Origin: Octopus vulgaris
Taxonomy: Eukaryota
Length of the DNA: 64,000 nt
Assembly: GCA_951406725.2 (NCBI GenBank)
Contig: OX597827.1
Location: 14,322,001-14,386,000 of the forward strand
Reading direction: 5' to 3'
The notes beneath the pieces are model-generated. The model was not told where the DNA came from. It did no database searches and worked only from the letters and a program-made list of their open reading frames with translations. This document shows positions 63,260-64,000 of the stretch, piece by piece. The position numbers were made by a program, and so were the translations under genes. Numbering within the stretch: position 1 is the first letter of the stretch; every line of letters starts with the position of its first letter.

Positions 63260-63672
63260 GTGTGGTTGTGTGATAAGAAGTTTGCTTCCCAACCGTATGG
63301 TTCAGGGTTCGGTCCCACTGTGTGGCACCTTTGGCAAATGTCTTCTACTATAGTCTCAAGCTGACCAAAGCGTTATGAGTGGACGGAAACTGAAAGAAGC
63401 CTGCCTTATACGTTTGTGTGTGTGTGTGTGTGTGTCTTTGTGTCTGTATTTGTCCCCCACCACTGCTTGAAAACCAGTGTTGGTGTGTTTATATCCCAGT
63501 AACTCAACAGTCCAGCAAAAGACATTGATACAATAAGTACTAAGCTTAAAATAATAAAAAAAAAAACACTAGGATCGATTCATTCGACTAAAATTCTTCA
63601 AGACGATGCCCCAGCATGGCCACAATCTAATGACTAAAACTAGTAAGAGAAAGATAAAAGAAAATAAAAGAA
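63260..63672 (+). mobile_element. SINE family A, older subfamily
   Basis: Diverged family A consensus with a GATAAAAGA-type tail. Confidence 0.82.
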
Positions 63673-64000
63673 ACGACAATTAAGACTAATTAACTTTGCT
63701 TTCCTTCTTCTATGATTGATAAAATAAAGTACCAGGTAGGTACAGGTGTTAATTTGAATTTGCAATGAACTATTCTCTATGTGAACAGATTTATATTAGA
63801 TGACTTAACTTTAGTCTTTCATACGGTGGGTAGATAAAACAAATCACCTGCTAAATACTGGGTGGGCGAGGGTGGAGGTGATGTATTATTCCTATCAAGT
63901 GTCTTAGATGTGAACGGAATTATAACTGAAAGATTAAGAATACATTTGGTACATGGCGAAAAGTGGTGCAATGAGCAGTATTCAAAGACATTTGTGTAAT

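Noticed and set aside
62257-63364. Poly-His, poly-Thr/Ile and poly-Val/Met ORFs over 300 aa
   Set aside because: Pure trinucleotide array that cannot contain stops in those frames.

Overview
Repeat-saturated, AT-rich eukaryotic non-coding DNA (intergenic or a very large intron). I found no host protein-coding exon. The SINE, microsatellite and LINE repertoire looks like an octopus (coleoid cephalopod) genome; this is inferred from remembered repeat families, not from a search. Nearly all listed ORFs are microsatellite or SINE artefacts. Coding remnants are all transposon-derived: a 5'-truncated but uninterrupted CR1-type reverse transcriptase (~28960-30527), four C-terminal fragments of an R4/Dong-like element in (TAA)n tracts, an RTE 3' end flanked by a 125-bp duplication, and a mariner transposase C-terminus. 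Other features are one tRNA-Leu(TAA) with stem mismatches (4440-4522, minus), at least five SINE families in dozens of copies (only the best are listed), two non-autonomous Helitrons, and hAT, mariner/Tigger and TTAA-specific MITEs. The signal least explained by ordinary annotation is a set of seven loci with type I/minimal hammerhead-ribozyme motifs (CUGANGA...GAAA...UH with pairing stems I-III). Four sit in fold-back elements resembling Penelope-like inverted termini, and one hairpin (58096-58255) encodes a hammerhead on each strand. All coordinates and folds were read by eye; boundaries of old repeats are approximate.
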